Of a DNA stretch of 64,000 nucleotides, positions 17,700-30,213 are shown in pieces (the first letter of the stretch is position 1; the number at the start of each line of letters is the position of its first letter). The stretch lies in contig CAVYHE010000003.1 of NCBI GenBank assembly GCA_963768305.1, positions 148,238 through 212,237 on the forward strand, read 5' to 3'. The notes below the pieces were generated by a model. That model searched no databases, was not told the origin of the DNA, and saw only the letters and a list, made by a program, of their open reading frames with translations. The translations under genes were made by a program, and so were the position numbers. Source of the stretch: an uncultured bacterium (GTDB taxonomy: Bacteria > Margulisbacteria > WOR-1 > CAVSGV01).

Positions 17700-18403
17700 A
17701 TTTATTCGTCGCCTTTCTCGCGGGCATCCTCACTTTTTTCACTCCCTGCGTTTTCCCTTTGATCCCGTCGTATATCGCATATGTCACTGGCTTTTCCATT
17801 GATGAGCTTTCCCGTGGGGACAGAAAGCTCGTATTGAGAAAATCGATAATGGGAACGCTTGCGTTCATTTCCGGCTTCTCGATCATATTTATCCTTCTTG
17901 GTTTTTCCGCTTCATACGCAGGCAGCCTGATATTCAACTTCCAGAATTATCTCAGGATCATCGGCGGGGCGCTGATAATCTTTTTCGGCCTGGTCATGAC
18001 CGGTGCTTTTCATTTCAGGTTCTTGGAGATCGAGAAACGGTTCAATCTGAAGACCAAGCCCTCCGGCTACTGGGGAGCGCTTATTCTTGGGATGACTTTT
18101 GCGGCGGGGTGGGTGCCGTGCGTCGGGCCTATTTTATCGTCGATCTTAACGATCGCTTCCACGGTCGGTTCAAGATTATTCGGAGGGTTGTTGTTATTCT
18201 TCTATTGTCTTGGGCTGGGGTTACCGATACTTATTTCCGCGATAGCTTTCAATTATTTTCTGACTTTCTATAAGAATATCGTTAAGCATTTAAGGGTTAT
18301 TTCGATCGCAAGCGGCGTGATATTGATCTTCATTGGTATGTTGCTTATGACCGACAATCTTTCTTCGATCACGAATGGCATCGAATATCTCCTGAAGCGC
18401 TGA
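17696..18403 (+). CDS. ccdA: cytochrome c biogenesis / thiol-disulfide transfer membrane protein CcdA (DsbD family)
   Basis: 235 aa and polytopic, with the conserved Cys sites FFTPCVFPLIP and GWVPCVGPIL. Confidence 0.85.
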   Translation: MNLFVAFLAGILTFFTPCVFPLIPSYIAYVTGFSIDELSRGDRKLVLRKSIMGTLAFISGFSIIFILLGFSASYAGSLIFNFQNYLRIIGGALIIFFGLVMTGAFHFRFLEIEKRFNLKTKPSGYWGALILGMTFAAGWVPCVGPILSSILTIASTVGSRLFGGLLLFFYCLGLGLPILISAIAFNYFLTFYKNIVKHLRVISIASGVILIFIGMLLMTDNLSSITNGIEYLLKR

Positions 18404-18468
18404 TCCAATGTAATGGACCAGTACAGATTCTTTCCAACAGCAGGAAAAAATGATAAAATAGCTTTGAA

Positions 18469-20753
18469 ATGAATCCGCAGAATATCGAGATAACCGACAA
18501 GATCATTGCTGAACACGGCCTTACAAAGGATGAATTTGCCAGGATAGTCAAAACCCTCGGAAGACGGCCGAACTTAGTCGAACTGGGCATGTATTCGGTC
18601 CTCTGGAGCGAACACTGTTCATATAAAAGCTCAAAGGGATATCTCAAAGAAATTCCCGCACAAAGTCCCCAAGGGTCCTTGCCGGCCCGGGCGAGAATTC
18701 CGGGATAGTGGACATCGGCGACGGGCTCGCCATTTCAATGAAAATAGAATCCCATAACCATCCGAGCGCAGTTGAACCTTATCAGGGAGCCGCAACGGGA
18801 GTAGGCGGCATTGTCAGGGATATTTTCACGATGGGAGCGCGCCCCATAGCAGGCCTCAATTCATTACGATTCGGACCGCTTTCAAATCAAAGGAACCGGT
18901 ATTTATTCGGCGGAGTTGTTTCTGGCATAGCCGGGTACGGGAACTGCCTCGGTCTTCCCACAGTTGCCGGTGAGGTTTATTTTGATGACTGCTATACGGG
19001 AAATTGCCTGGTCAATGCGATGTGCGCGGGCATAGTAAGGATCGATGGAAAAGTTGCCAAAGGACATGAATCTACGGAGATCGGCCCGAGGATAGTCAAA
19101 GCTATCGCCGAAGGCCCGGGAAATTCGGTTTTGTATGTTGGCTCCTCCACAGGACGCGACGGGATCCATGGCGCCACTTTCGCGTCAGTTGAACTCTCTG
19201 AGGAATCCGAATCTCGCAGGTCGAACGTTCAGATAGGGGACCCATTCACCGAAAAATCACTGATCGAAGCATGTCTTGAAGCTCTGACGAACGACGATGT
19301 TGTTGGAATGCAGGATATGGGCGCGGCAGGGCTGACCTGTTCAACATCTGAAATGGCGTCCAAGGCGGGAACAGGTATGGATGTCGAAATATCGCTGGTT
19401 CCCCAAAGAGAAGAAGACATGACGCCGTACGAGATCATGCTTTCCGAATCCCAGGAAAGAATGCTCCTTGTGGTTAAACCGGGCACGGAAGAAAATGTCA
19501 TCAAGATATTCAATAAATGGGGACTGAAATGCGTCAATATCGGCAAGGTCACCGGCGATGGCATTGTAAGGGTCAGGATGAACGGCGAAATCGTCGCGGA
19601 TGTCCCGGCGAGATCGCTTGCTGACGAAGGTCCCGTTTGCGAAAGGCCGGTCGAAAAACCCGCTTACATCGATAAAGTCCAATCTTATAAGCCCGGTAAG
19701 ATCAAAGCTTCAGGCGATCACAATAAGGTATTACTTCAGCTTTTAAGCTCTCCCGATATTGCTAATAAAAAATGGGTCTATGAACAGTATGACCACATGG
19801 TCCAGACGAATACGGTCGTTCTTCCCGGCGCGGCGGATGCGGCAGTTTTAAGGATAAAAGGATACGGGAAAGCGATATCGCTGACGACCGACGGCAACGG
19901 CAGGTACTGCTACCTAGATCCGTATTCCGGCGGAATGACGGCCGTTTGCGAGGCCGCGAGAAATGTCGTATGCACAGGAGCGGAACCCATTGCGCTTACG
20001 AATTGTCTTAATTTCGGCAATCCCGAAAAGCCGGAAGTTATGTGGCAGTTCAAGGAAGTGATCGACGGAATGATAAGTGCCTGCAAGGCTTTTGACGTTC
20101 CCGTAATTTCCGGAAACGTGAGCTTTTATAACGAGAACAACGGCATCGCGGTATACCCGACGCCTGTCGTCGGCATGCTCGGATTGATAGACGCGAAAAG
20201 CGAAAATGAGATCAATTACTGCACGATGGACCTCAAGAATAAAGGCGATTTGATAATTTTGCTCGGCAATAATGGTGAAGAATTAGGCGGCAGCGAATAC
20301 TTGAAGATCATTCATGGAAAGGTCGCGGGGCGCCCTCCGGAGATAGATCTTAACAGTGAAAAGAGCGTTCAGCGGACCTGTCTGGAAGCTATACGGCTCG
20401 GCTTGGTAAAATCAGCTCACGACATTTCGGAGGGCGGGCTGGCAGTTTCTATTTCGGAAAGCTGTATCACAGGCGGGATCGGAGCGATGCTTTATCTGAC
20501 GGATGACCTTGATCCTGTGCCGCTGCTTTTCTCGGAGACCCAATCCCGCATAATAGTTTCGATATCCCCTGGCGATCTCTTTTTATTCGAAAAGATCGCT
20601 GATAAGCATAGAGTGAATTTTGAAGTGATAGGCAAGGTGGGAGGCAAAAACCTGATAATTAAAAAAGGCAAAAAAAGCTTTATTGATATTCCCGCTCAGG
20701 AGTTAATCGGCGCATATTACGGAGCCATTGAAAAAAGCATGGAAACCAGATAA
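18469..20753 (+). pseudogene. purL: phosphoribosylformylglycinamidine synthase subunit PurL (FGAM synthase II), frame broken near 18650-18670
   Basis: ORF 18469..18708 reads ..[21 protein letters not shown]... ORF 18708..20753 carries the rest (..[23 protein letters not shown]..). Across the junction the expected [28 protein letters not shown] is read only if two single bases are removed. Confidence 0.9.
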
Positions 20754-21377
20754 ATGGATGCCGCCGGAGCGATAATTGTACTTATATTTGTTATCACGAT
20801 CTTCTCGGCCTCGACCGGCGGAAGGATAGCTGTCCCCGGGACCGGCGGCAACGAAGCCCATGTCCCCGTCTATGCCAACCTGAACGTTGATGCTGTTCCG
20901 GAGCCTTCTTACGCATCTGTGGCTGCAGATGATCCCCAGGGAAAGATAGAGCAATTCATTTTAAAATTCAACAAGAACACTTCTTATTGGGATGCGAATC
21001 TCATGGCCTCCAGCATGGTCAAATACGGAAGCATGTATGACGTGAACCCAAAATTGATATGCGCGCTTATCGCTAGGGAATCGGGCTTCAATCCAAGGTC
21101 CGTTTCCCCGACGGGCGCCGTCGGGCTGGGCCAGCTATTGCCGACGACTTCCACGGCGCTGGAGGTCGAGGACCGTTTTGACCCGGATCAAAATATAAAA
21201 GGCACTACCCGATATATCAGGTTTTTATGCGATAAGTGGAAATCGCATCCCCAGCAGGTGCCTCTAGCGCTGGCGTCATATCTGGAAGGGCACGGCGCCA
21301 TTTCGAGGAACGGCGGCTACAGCACAAAAACAAAAGAGTATGTTGAAGATATCATAAGAATATACTGGCGCATTTGA
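20754..21377 (+). CDS. membrane-anchored lytic transglycosylase (SLT domain)
   Basis: 207 aa with an N-terminal TM helix and SLT motifs ARESGFNP and GAVGLGQLLPTT. Confidence 0.75.
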   Translation: MDAAGAIIVLIFVITIFSASTGGRIAVPGTGGNEAHVPVYANLNVDAVPEPSYASVAADDPQGKIEQFILKFNKNTSYWDANLMASSMVKYGSMYDVNPKLICALIARESGFNPRSVSPTGAVGLGQLLPTTSTALEVEDRFDPDQNIKGTTRYIRFLCDKWKSHPQQVPLALASYLEGHGAISRNGGYSTKTKEYVEDIIRIYWRI

Positions 21378-21532
21378 TATTGTTGTAGCCGTATTCGACA
21401 TTTATAGTTGATTTCGTCAATTCCCCCTCGATTTCCCATACATATTTCCGGCAATAAAATTGCTATTCTGTAAAGTCAAAAGGCAAACGCAACTTTTTAC
21501 TTTTACATTTTTATTTTAAAGGGGGTCTGTGG

Positions 21533-22147
21533 ATGCCGGATATTTCAAAAGAGCAGCTTTATATCATTATTGGGATTATGGTAATGATTTTGATCGGCTG
21601 TGTGATCGGGGTTTACAACCAAAATACCTCAGCAAGACAACTTTCACCGCAAGCATCACCGACCATTCAATTGGACATTAAGCCTAAAAAACCGCTTCAA
21701 GCCGCCATTTATTTGCATATTAGCGGCGCTGTGGCGAGAGAAGGAATATATAAAATGGAAGTTGGCGACAGGATCATTGATCTTCTCAAATTATCCGGGG
21801 TTTTATCTAACGCTGACCTGGACAGCATAAATCTTGCAGAACCGCTCTCTGACGGAGAGAAAATATATGTGCCAAACAATGTTGATAAGCCATTAACAGG
21901 CGGACAATCAACTAAAGCTGCTGCTTCTGCGAAAGTATCCGGCGGATCGAACACCAAAATAAATATCAATATAGCGGATGAGAAAGCCCTGGATGGACTT
22001 CCGGGCATAGGACCGGTCATGGCCAGAAAGATAGTGGATTATCGGAAGGATAACGGCAGATTTTTTGATATTGAAGATCTGAAAAATGTGCCTGGAATAT
22101 CAGAAAAGAAATATGACGGTCTTAAAGACAGGATCACGGTATATTAA
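21533..22147 (+). CDS. comEA: competence protein ComEA (helix-hairpin-helix DNA-binding)
   Basis: 204 aa with an N-terminal TM helix, an SLBB-like middle region, and the C-terminal sequence ININIADEKALDGLPGIGPVMARKIVDYRKDNGRFFDIEDLKNVPGI. Confidence 0.85.
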   Translation: MPDISKEQLYIIIGIMVMILIGCVIGVYNQNTSARQLSPQASPTIQLDIKPKKPLQAAIYLHISGAVAREGIYKMEVGDRIIDLLKLSGVLSNADLDSINLAEPLSDGEKIYVPNNVDKPLTGGQSTKAAASAKVSGGSNTKININIADEKALDGLPGIGPVMARKIVDYRKDNGRFFDIEDLKNVPGISEKKYDGLKDRITVY

Positions 22148-24521
22148 ATGCTGACGCCGCTTATTATTATCACGATTACTTTTGTTATTGGGATTTTGAC
22201 CGGCAATGTTTTTCACGTATCAATGATCATCTCGGGCGCCGCAATGATCACATGCATTATTTGCGCATTTATGATGTTTCAAACGGGGCAAAAAGCCGAC
22301 TATCTGGTGATCTTTTTGATATTTCTTTTCGGCATTTTTTCCATTCAATCCCACGATGCAATCCCTGCAAATGATATTTCGCATTTTGCCGATGGCAAAT
22401 ATGTCAGGATAATCGGAGCAGTCGCGGATGAGCCGGCACTTTCTGACGGCCTAACAAGAACGATATTACGCGTTCATTCGATCATCGTCCGGGGAGTGAC
22501 ATGTAAAATTTCCGGCAATATCAGTCTGTTCATCGAAAAATCGAAAGATCAGATATATTACGGCGATCAGATCTCTGTGGCCGGAAAATTGTCCTCTATA
22601 ATCTCCACTTCAAATCCGGGCATCTCTTCTTATACGGATATCATGGCAAAAAGAAATATCAGATGCCAGATGCTCTCGCCCGGGTCAGGCGTGAAGATAT
22701 TGGCCAGGTCGATCGGTAATCCTTTCATAATGCTTTCTATCATTATCAGGGACAGATTGATCTCAGTGATACACAGTTCATCGCAGGAACCGTATTCTTC
22801 GATGATAGGCAGCATAATTTTCGGCTCCCGGGCATCTCCTTTGCCGAACGAGCTTAAGGATACTTACAGGTCCGCGGGAGTTATACATCTTTTTATCGTT
22901 TCGGGATTGCAGGTCTCAATTATCGCGTCGCTGGTCTTGACTTTATGCAAATCGGCAGGACTTTCGCGCATTGCTAAATTAACAACAGCAACTTCCATTA
23001 ATATACTTTTTGCCATCATTGTCGGGGCAGGGCCTTCCGTTGTCAGGGCGGTTATCATGAGCGAGGCGGCCCTTGTCGCGAACGTATTCGAAAGGGAAAC
23101 GGATTTTTACAGCTCTCTCTCGCTGGCAGCCTTGATCCTGCTGATCTTTCGATCCGCGGAACATTTTTGATATGGGGTTCCAGGCATCTTTTACGGCTAC
23201 CTGGGCTCTTTTCCATGTTGCGCCTGTCATTGAGCAGATGCTGAAAAAAACGGTTTTAAAGCCTTTAGCGGCTGCGCTTTCAATATCGATAGCTCCGCCC
23301 GTTGCCACAACTCCGATCATCCTTTATAACTTGGGGCAGGTCTCTTTTGTTTCCGTATTATCTAATTTTGTTATCGTGCCTTGGCTTGAAATGACCGTCA
23401 TTCTTGGGTTTACTTCGACTTTGATCGGCCTGATTTTTCTCCCATTAGCTTATGTTTTGAACAATGCTTTAACGGTAATTTTGATCATTCTTAATGCGTT
23501 CGTTTATTTTTTTGCCGGGCTTCCATATGCCTGCAGATATTTCAAGCCGCCCCATTTGTTTGTGATATTGGCTTACTATATGATAGTGATATATATGGTC
23601 GAGGTTTTTAATGGGCGGGTAAAGATCAAAATGAATTTTAACAAGTTAAAGCCGGCGCTGATCATATTGGCCTTGGCCCTTTCTTTAATATTTTTCTGGG
23701 GACATTCGAATGCCGCGCAGGACCTTACCGTGACAGCCATAGATGTCGGCCAGGGCGATTCAATATTGATCGAATCGCCGTCAGGGCGAAAAGTGCTTAT
23801 CGACGGAGGAGGAAGGCAGGAGGGCAGTGTGTCGGATGTTTCAAAAGATGATCAGATCGGCAGATCGATCGTGGTCCCGTTCTTGAGGAAACAGGGTATC
23901 AACGAACTTGACCTCTTGATCCTGACGCATCCTCACGAGGATCATGTTGGCGGCCTTCCGTACGTCCTTGAAAATATAAAGGTCGATCATGTCCTGGACA
24001 GCGGACAAACGCATCCATCACGAAGTTATCAGCATTTTCTGGAACTGATAAGGGACAAGCATATTCCATATCAGCTTGCCAGGGCGGGACAGGCGGTCGA
24101 TCTTGGTGGCGGAGCCAAGGGCTATATTTTGCATCCGTCGGATCCTTTTATCACAGGAACGATATCAGATCTGAACAATAATTCGGTGGTAATGCACTTG
24201 GTTTACGGAAACACTTCTTTCCTTTTGATGGGAGATACCGCTTTTGAGGGAGAGGACCGGATAATGTCATTAGGATATGACATTAAAAGCGATGTTCTGA
24301 AAGTGGGCCATCACGGAAGCGCGACATCAACTTCGATGAATTTCCTGGAAGCTGTCAGACCGGAATATGCTGTTATTTCCGTCGGAGCACACAATAAATT
24401 CGGGCATCCCAGTCGGGATGCTCTTGAAAGGCTGGAAAATATCGGCGCAAAAGTTTACAGAACGGATCTGAACGGTTCTGTTACTTTCAAGAGCGACGGG
24501 AATAGGGTTTTACCTCAATAG
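22148..24521 (+). pseudogene. comEC: DNA internalisation channel ComEC/Rec2 with metallo-beta-lactamase domain, frame broken once
   Basis: ORFs 22148..23170 and 23172..24521. The expected ..LILLIF/DPRNIFDMGFQASFTAT.. is read by a +1 shift at the T-run near 23140. The C-terminus reads AIDVGQGDSILIE...LTHPHEDHVGG. Confidence 0.88.
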
Positions 24522-24573
24522 CACATTAGTACATTTCTTCTCTGAATTATGTTAAACTTTCCCCGGATCTGAA

Positions 24574-25164
24574 ATGAAAAGCATAATCATAGGACTTACT
24601 GGCCCCATTGCGGCCGGAAAAAGCACGGTTGCCGGCATCCTCGGCAGGCATGGAGCCGCGGTGATCGATGCCGATAAGATCGGTCATCAGGTGATACTGC
24701 CTCAATCAAAAGCATGGCATGGAATAGTCAAGGCTTTCGGTTCCAAGGTCTTGAACAGAGGCGGGGCGATAAACAGAAAGAAACTGGCGCATATCGTTTT
24801 TTCCGGCAAACCCTCTCTAAATAAGCTCAATAGGATCACTCATCCTGAAATGCGAAAAATGATAAGCGATCAGGTCCGGGCGGCGAAGTTCGAGGGTAAA
24901 AATCTGGTGATCGTCAATGCAGCTGTTCTGAAAGAAATGAAATTGCTGCCTTTGGTCGACAAAGTTCTGGCAGTTCTGGCCAAAAAAGACCTGCGAATCA
25001 TTCGATTGGTCCGTTCCGGTCTGTCAAAAGCTGATGCTATTGCCCGCATCAATTCTCAAATTCCAGATTCAGAATACAGGAAGATGGCTGATATGGTCAT
25101 CGAGAACGACGGTGATCTGAAAAAGCTTAACGAAAAAGTCAAAAGGACCATTGCATCTCTTTGA
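24574..25164 (+). CDS. coaE: dephospho-CoA kinase
   Basis: 196 aa reading [15 protein letters not shown]...DADKIGHQV. Confidence 0.88.
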   Translation: MKSIIIGLTGPIAAGKSTVAGILGRHGAAVIDADKIGHQVILPQSKAWHGIVKAFGSKVLNRGGAINRKKLAHIVFSGKPSLNKLNRITHPEMRKMISDQVRAAKFEGKNLVIVNAAVLKEMKLLPLVDKVLAVLAKKDLRIIRLVRSGLSKADAIARINSQIPDSEYRKMADMVIENDGDLKKLNEKVKRTIASL

Positions 25165-27129
25165 ATAAATTCAAGATAGTTTCAAATTACAAGCCGTCGG
25201 GCGATCAACCGAAAGCTATTAATGAGCTGACGGAAGGTATTTTGTCCGGCGAAAAAGAACAGACGCTCCTCGGCGTTACAGGAAGCGGAAAGACCTTCAC
25301 TATGGCAAATGTCATTGAGCGCGTCCAGAAGCCCGTTCTTGTCATATCGCACAATAAGACCCTTGCTGCCCAGCTGTGCCAGGAATTCAGGAGCTATTTC
25401 CCTGAACAATGCAGTCGAATATTTTGTCTCATTTTATGATTATTATCAGCCGGAAGCTTATGTCCCCACAACCGATACTTACATTGAGAAAGATTCCGCT
25501 ATCAACGACGAGATAGACCGGCTTCGCCATTCAGCCACGATGTCGCTTTTTGAAAGGCGCGACGTGATCGTTGTGGCTTCAGTTTCCTGCATCTACGGCC
25601 TCGGGACGCCGTCAGATTACCTGAAAGCGATGTTCATATTAAAGCTTGGCCAGAAGTGTGAAAGGGATGAGATCGTTCGTCGTCTTGTGGAAATGAAATA
25701 TCAGAGAAATGATGTTGAAATGACCAGGGGACGTTTCAGGGTTAGGGGGAATGTCCTTGAGATATGCCCTTCATATGAAAAGAACATCGTAAGGGTGGAG
25801 ATATTCGATGACATTATTGAAAAGATATATGAACTCGACCCCGTCACGGGCGAAGTTTTGAGCAAAAGGGACAGCGTTTCAATATACCCGGGTACTCATT
25901 ATGTCACATTCCGGGACAAGCTTGACGGCGCCATTAATTCAATTGAAGAGGAGCTTGAGCTGCGGCTTGCGGAACTTAAAGCCCAGAACAAGCTTCTGGA
26001 AGCGCAAAGGCTTGAGCAGAGGACCAGATACGACATAGAAATGATAAGGGAGATGGGTTACTGCAGCGGGATAGAAAATTATTCGCGGCATCTTGACGGC
26101 AGAGCCGCGGGACAGCCGCCCGGGACCCTTATGGATTATTTCCCGAAGGATTTTATTATGATGATAGATGAATCACATGTTACCCTACCTCAGGTAAGAG
26201 GTATGTACGAAGGAGATAAGGCAAGGAAAAAGGTCCTTGTTGATTACGGGTTCCGATTGCCTTCCGCGTTGGATAACAGGCCGCTCAATTTTGAGGAATT
26301 CAAGCAGCACATAAATCAGGTCGTCTATGTATCAGCTACTCCAACGCCGTATGAGATCGGAAGGTCATCAAGAGTAGTTGAGCAGATAATCAGGCCGACG
26401 GGACTTATAGATCCCGAGGTAATAGTCAAATCCACAAAAGGACAAGTCGATGACCTGCTTGCTGAGATTAAAACTGTCATCAAAAGGAAAGAAAGGGTGC
26501 TGGTGACGACCCTTACGAAAAAGATGGCGGAAGACCTGGCTGATTTCATTCATGATAAAGGCATAAAAGTCAGATATCTTCACTCTGATGTGGAAACCCT
26601 GGACCGCATCGACATATTAAGAGGGCTAAGGAAAGGTGAGTTTGACGTTCTTGTCGGGATAAATCTTCTCCGCGAAGGGCTTGATTTGCCAGAAGTTTCG
26701 CTAGTTGCTATACTTGATGCGGATAAGGAAGGATTCCTCAGAGCGGAAACTTCGCTTATCCAGACGATCGGAAGGGCCGCAAGGAACATATCGGGCAAGG
26801 TCATTCTTTATGGAGATGAGATCACCCGGTCCATGAAAAACGCGCTGTCGGAGACCGAGAGAAGAAGAACGATCCAGCTGGCTTATAATAAGAAGCATCA
26901 TATTAAGCCGAAAACGATCGTAAAAGATGTTAAGGATATCAATGAAAATATCCGGCTTGTTAAGAAAGAAGAGATTAACAAATTAAAGGAATTTGTCCCG
27001 AAAAGCGAGCTGCCGGACCTGATACGGACGATGGAAGAGGATATGCTTATCGCGGCGACGGCCCTTGAATTTGAAAGAGCCGCGGAAATAAGGGACAAGA
27101 TATCGGCTCTCAAGGAGGCATTTAAATGA
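25161..27129 (+). pseudogene. uvrB: excinuclease ABC subunit UvrB, frame broken once
   Basis: ORF 25161..25439 reads ..[31 protein letters not shown]... ORF 25309..27129 continues [21 protein letters not shown]... after a +1 shift near 25400-25410. Confidence 0.92.
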
Positions 27130-28010
27130 TCGATCTCGGAATGGTTCTGACCGCCATGGTCACTCCGTTCAAAGCGGACGGCTCTGTGGATTATAAAAAG
27201 GCCTCTGAGCTTGCGCAATACTTGGCTGATAACGGTTCTGACGGACTGGTGGTCCACGGGACCACGGGAGAATCTCCCACGCTTACACACGAAGAGGAAT
27301 ATGAGCTTTACAGGATCGTGAAAAAAGCTGTCGGCGGAAAAGTTAAGATCATCGCCGGAACGGGTTCAAATTCTACTGCAACGTCCATCAAATCAACTAA
27401 AGAGGCCGAAAAGATAGGCGTGAACGGGATAATGATAGTCGTCCCTTATTACAACAAACCTTCGCAGGAAGGGATGTATCAGCATTTTTCGGCGGTGGCG
27501 GCATCGACCAAGCTCCCGATAATTATTTACAATATCCAGGGAAGGACCGGCGTGAACATGACCGCCGATACGGTCGCGCGGCTCGCGAAGATAAAGAACA
27601 TCGTGGGAATAAAAGAAGCCAGCGGAATGCTGGATCAGGTGGCGGAGATAAGGGCTAAAACTCCGAAAGATTTCGTTATTTACAGCGGTGACGATGATAA
27701 AACGCTCGATGTCATGAAAAGGGGCGGATACGGCGTCATTAGCGTCGCATCCCACATCGCCGGCAAGGAGATCAAGAAAATGTGCGAAGCTTTCCATGCC
27801 GGGAGATTAGATGAGGCCGAGAGGATCAATCAAAAGCTGTCTCCGTTGTTCAAGGTTTTGTTCATCACATCAAACCCGACGCCCGTCAAGACGGCTCTTG
27901 CCATGATAGGGCGTCCGGTCGGTGGACTGCGCCTGCCTTTGATCGAAACGAATGACTCCGAAAAAGAACAGATACGAAAAGTTTTAAAAGACCTGAATTA
28001 TATAAAATGA
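27126..28010 (+). CDS. dapA: 4-hydroxy-tetrahydrodipicolinate synthase
   Basis: 294 aa reading TAMVTPF...[18 protein letters not shown]...[10 protein letters not shown]...VVPYYNKP...GIKEASG. Confidence 0.92.
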   Translation: MIDLGMVLTAMVTPFKADGSVDYKKASELAQYLADNGSDGLVVHGTTGESPTLTHEEEYELYRIVKKAVGGKVKIIAGTGSNSTATSIKSTKEAEKIGVNGIMIVVPYYNKPSQEGMYQHFSAVAASTKLPIIIYNIQGRTGVNMTADTVARLAKIKNIVGIKEASGMLDQVAEIRAKTPKDFVIYSGDDDKTLDVMKRGGYGVISVASHIAGKEIKKMCEAFHAGRLDEAERINQKLSPLFKVLFITSNPTPVKTALAMIGRPVGGLRLPLIETNDSEKEQIRKVLKDLNYIK

Positions 28011-28549
28011 AACTTCTCCTCCATGTTTGCTGCGCCCCGTGCTTTTCAGGCGCGAATTTGGCTTTAGCCGGGGAAGGTTTGGATCTGACCGGATATTTTT
28101 ATAATCCGAACATCTATCCGGCTGAAGAGCTTGCAAAGCGGATCGGGACTTTACGAAAATATGATGAGATCACCGGGAGAAGATCGATAATAATCGACGA
28201 ATATAATGACGCAATTTTGTCTGAGTTTGGCGGGGATAATGAAGAAAAATGCCGAGATTGTTTTTTTGAGAGGCTTGGAGCGACGGCCGATTATGCCAAA
28301 GAGAATGGTTTCGATATTTTTTCGACAACTCTCCTAATAAGTCCATACCAGAAGCATGAGCTGATCAGGTCTGTCGGCGAAGAAGTTTCAGGAAAGCACG
28401 GGATCGATTTTTATTATAAGGATATGAGGCCGTTCTACCGCGAGTCGGTGAACATATCAAGATCAATCGGGTTATACAGGCAAAATTATTGCGGGTGTAA
28501 CTTCAGCAAGGAGAACAGGCATGAGCAAGCTTTCATCGCTTCTAAGTAA
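28007..28549 (+). CDS. queH: epoxyqueuosine reductase QueH (DUF208)
   Basis: 180 aa reading LLLHVCCAPCFSG, CRDCFFERL and YRQNYCGCNFS. Confidence 0.85.
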   Translation: MKLLLHVCCAPCFSGANLALAGEGLDLTGYFYNPNIYPAEELAKRIGTLRKYDEITGRRSIIIDEYNDAILSEFGGDNEEKCRDCFFERLGATADYAKENGFDIFSTTLLISPYQKHELIRSVGEEVSGKHGIDFYYKDMRPFYRESVNISRSIGLYRQNYCGCNFSKENRHEQAFIASK

Positions 28550-29177
28550 AGAACCGTTGACACTGATCGTCCGGCTTCCGGAGGATACACTGGAAATGGC
28601 TGAAGCGGCTCAATTGGGCGGCGCTCATGCGGTGGTCCTGAATTTTGATCCCGGACAGAAAGATAAACAGGACACTATCGCCATAGTGAGATCACTGAAA
28701 ATACCCGTCGGGATCAAGATCGATAACAACATCGGCGACCGGGAGTTTAACGGCCTTGCAAAACTGGGGGTGGATTTCATAGATCTCCCGTTATCCGGAG
28801 CGCAGGAGAGCATTTTCAAGTTCTCAGGATGTGACCGGATCCTTTCGCTTGGCCCCGATTATAGTGCGCACGATCTTACGAAATTGTCCAAAAAAGCGGT
28901 CGCTGCGGTGGAAGCCGCCGTAATAATCAAAGAAGAATGGGACAAGGAGCTGACCATAGGGGACATTCAGCAGTACATCACTGTCGTTTTGTCGACGATG
29001 CTCCCTGTGATAGTGCCCACCCAGAAATCCGTAAGAGTAAGCGAAGTCCCTATAATTTGGGATACGGGAGCGAAAGGGATAATGATAGGCGAAAACGTCA
29101 CGGGCGACGATCCCGCAACTTTGAAAGCTGTGACGGCCGAGTTCAGGGCCGCCGTTGAATTATTAAAAGATGAATAA
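28521..29177 (+). CDS. hypothetical protein (alternating beta/alpha pattern, possibly TIM-barrel-like)
   Basis: 218-aa intact ORF that overlaps the queH 3' end by 29 nt. I recognise no diagnostic motif. Confidence 0.4.
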   Translation: MSKLSSLLSKEPLTLIVRLPEDTLEMAEAAQLGGAHAVVLNFDPGQKDKQDTIAIVRSLKIPVGIKIDNNIGDREFNGLAKLGVDFIDLPLSGAQESIFKFSGCDRILSLGPDYSAHDLTKLSKKAVAAVEAAVIIKEEWDKELTIGDIQQYITVVLSTMLPVIVPTQKSVRVSEVPIIWDTGAKGIMIGENVTGDDPATLKAVTAEFRAAVELLKDE

Positions 29178-30030
29178 GATCACTTCAAATCCTCTGAAGT
29201 TCTTTATATTCATCGCGATGCTATTGTTTCTGGGGCTTCCTGCGTTCGCTGATGAAAAACCCGTTGTTTCCGTGGTCAATGGGACGAACATCGAAGCTTC
29301 CGTCAGGACTGCAGTGGACCTGTTGGGCGGAATGAGCGGGCGGGTGAAAAAAGGCGACAGGGTCATCATAAAGATCTCATTGGATGATGTGAAACCGTCA
29401 GGATCGGGATTGGTGACAAATGTTGCCGTGGTCAGGGCGATCATCAGGCTGGCGAGAGAGGCCGGAGCCAGGTCCATAACCGTTGCTGACGGTTCCTTGA
29501 AAGGGAACACATGGAAATGTTTTGACGCAGCAGGGTATACTCAAATGGCAAAAGAGGAAGGGGTTCAGCTTAAGGACCTTAATTCCGATTATATCTGGAG
29601 GGCGTGGCTGCCGGAAGGCGACAACCAGTATAAAAAATACAGTGTTTCGATGTTCGTGCTCAATTGCGAAGTTTTCATAAATGTTCCCGTGATGAAGATC
29701 GTTGATGATCCGGCGCCTTCTCTCTCAATGAAAAACCTTCTGGGGATAATGATAGACAGATGGACAAAAAGGAAACTTCCGACGGACAGCCAGCTGGATG
29801 ACCTGATAGTGGACATGAATTTGATAAGGCAGAGCGACCTCGTGGTAATAGACGGCACGACCTACGGGAATGTCATTATCGCCGGTAACGATCCGGTTTC
29901 CACGGACAGTGTGGCGATGCGGATGATGAAGATCGATCCTGACAAGATCAGTTATTTAAAGCTTGCGGAGAACAAAGGCATAGGCCGCAGCAAAGAATCG
30001 GATATTGAAGTGAAGAGCGAGAAGTTATAA
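29170..30030 (+). CDS. DUF362 domain-containing protein with signal peptide
   Basis: 286 aa. The N-terminus is hydrophobic (FFIFIAMLLFLGLPAFA). DUF362-like blocks are GDRVIIKISL..., VTNVAVVRAIIRLAREAGARSITVADGS and LVVIDGTTYG. Confidence 0.6.
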   Translation: MNKITSNPLKFFIFIAMLLFLGLPAFADEKPVVSVVNGTNIEASVRTAVDLLGGMSGRVKKGDRVIIKISLDDVKPSGSGLVTNVAVVRAIIRLAREAGARSITVADGSLKGNTWKCFDAAGYTQMAKEEGVQLKDLNSDYIWRAWLPEGDNQYKKYSVSMFVLNCEVFINVPVMKIVDDPAPSLSMKNLLGIMIDRWTKRKLPTDSQLDDLIVDMNLIRQSDLVVIDGTTYGNVIIAGNDPVSTDSVAMRMMKIDPDKISYLKLAENKGIGRSKESDIEVKSEKL

Positions 30031-30213
30031 GTTTTAAGTTCTAATAACCCCATTTTTTCACATATTCCTCTTCTTTCACTTTTCAAGCCTTATTTCCTTA
30101 CTAATTCCGTAAGTTTTTGCTTATTTGCCACGATAATATTGAAATTTCATCTTGTTTTTGACGATATCTATATAGAGGGGGTTTTCTATGGATTTTGCCC
30201 ATTTACTATTGCC

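Noticed and set aside
18404-18468. Riboswitch or leader candidates upstream of purL, dapA, queH, dxs and trpB2
   Set aside because: The intergenic spaces are 0-65 nt and contain none of the conserved cores I know (ZTP, lysine, preQ1, TPP, T-box). Most of these genes overlap the preceding gene.
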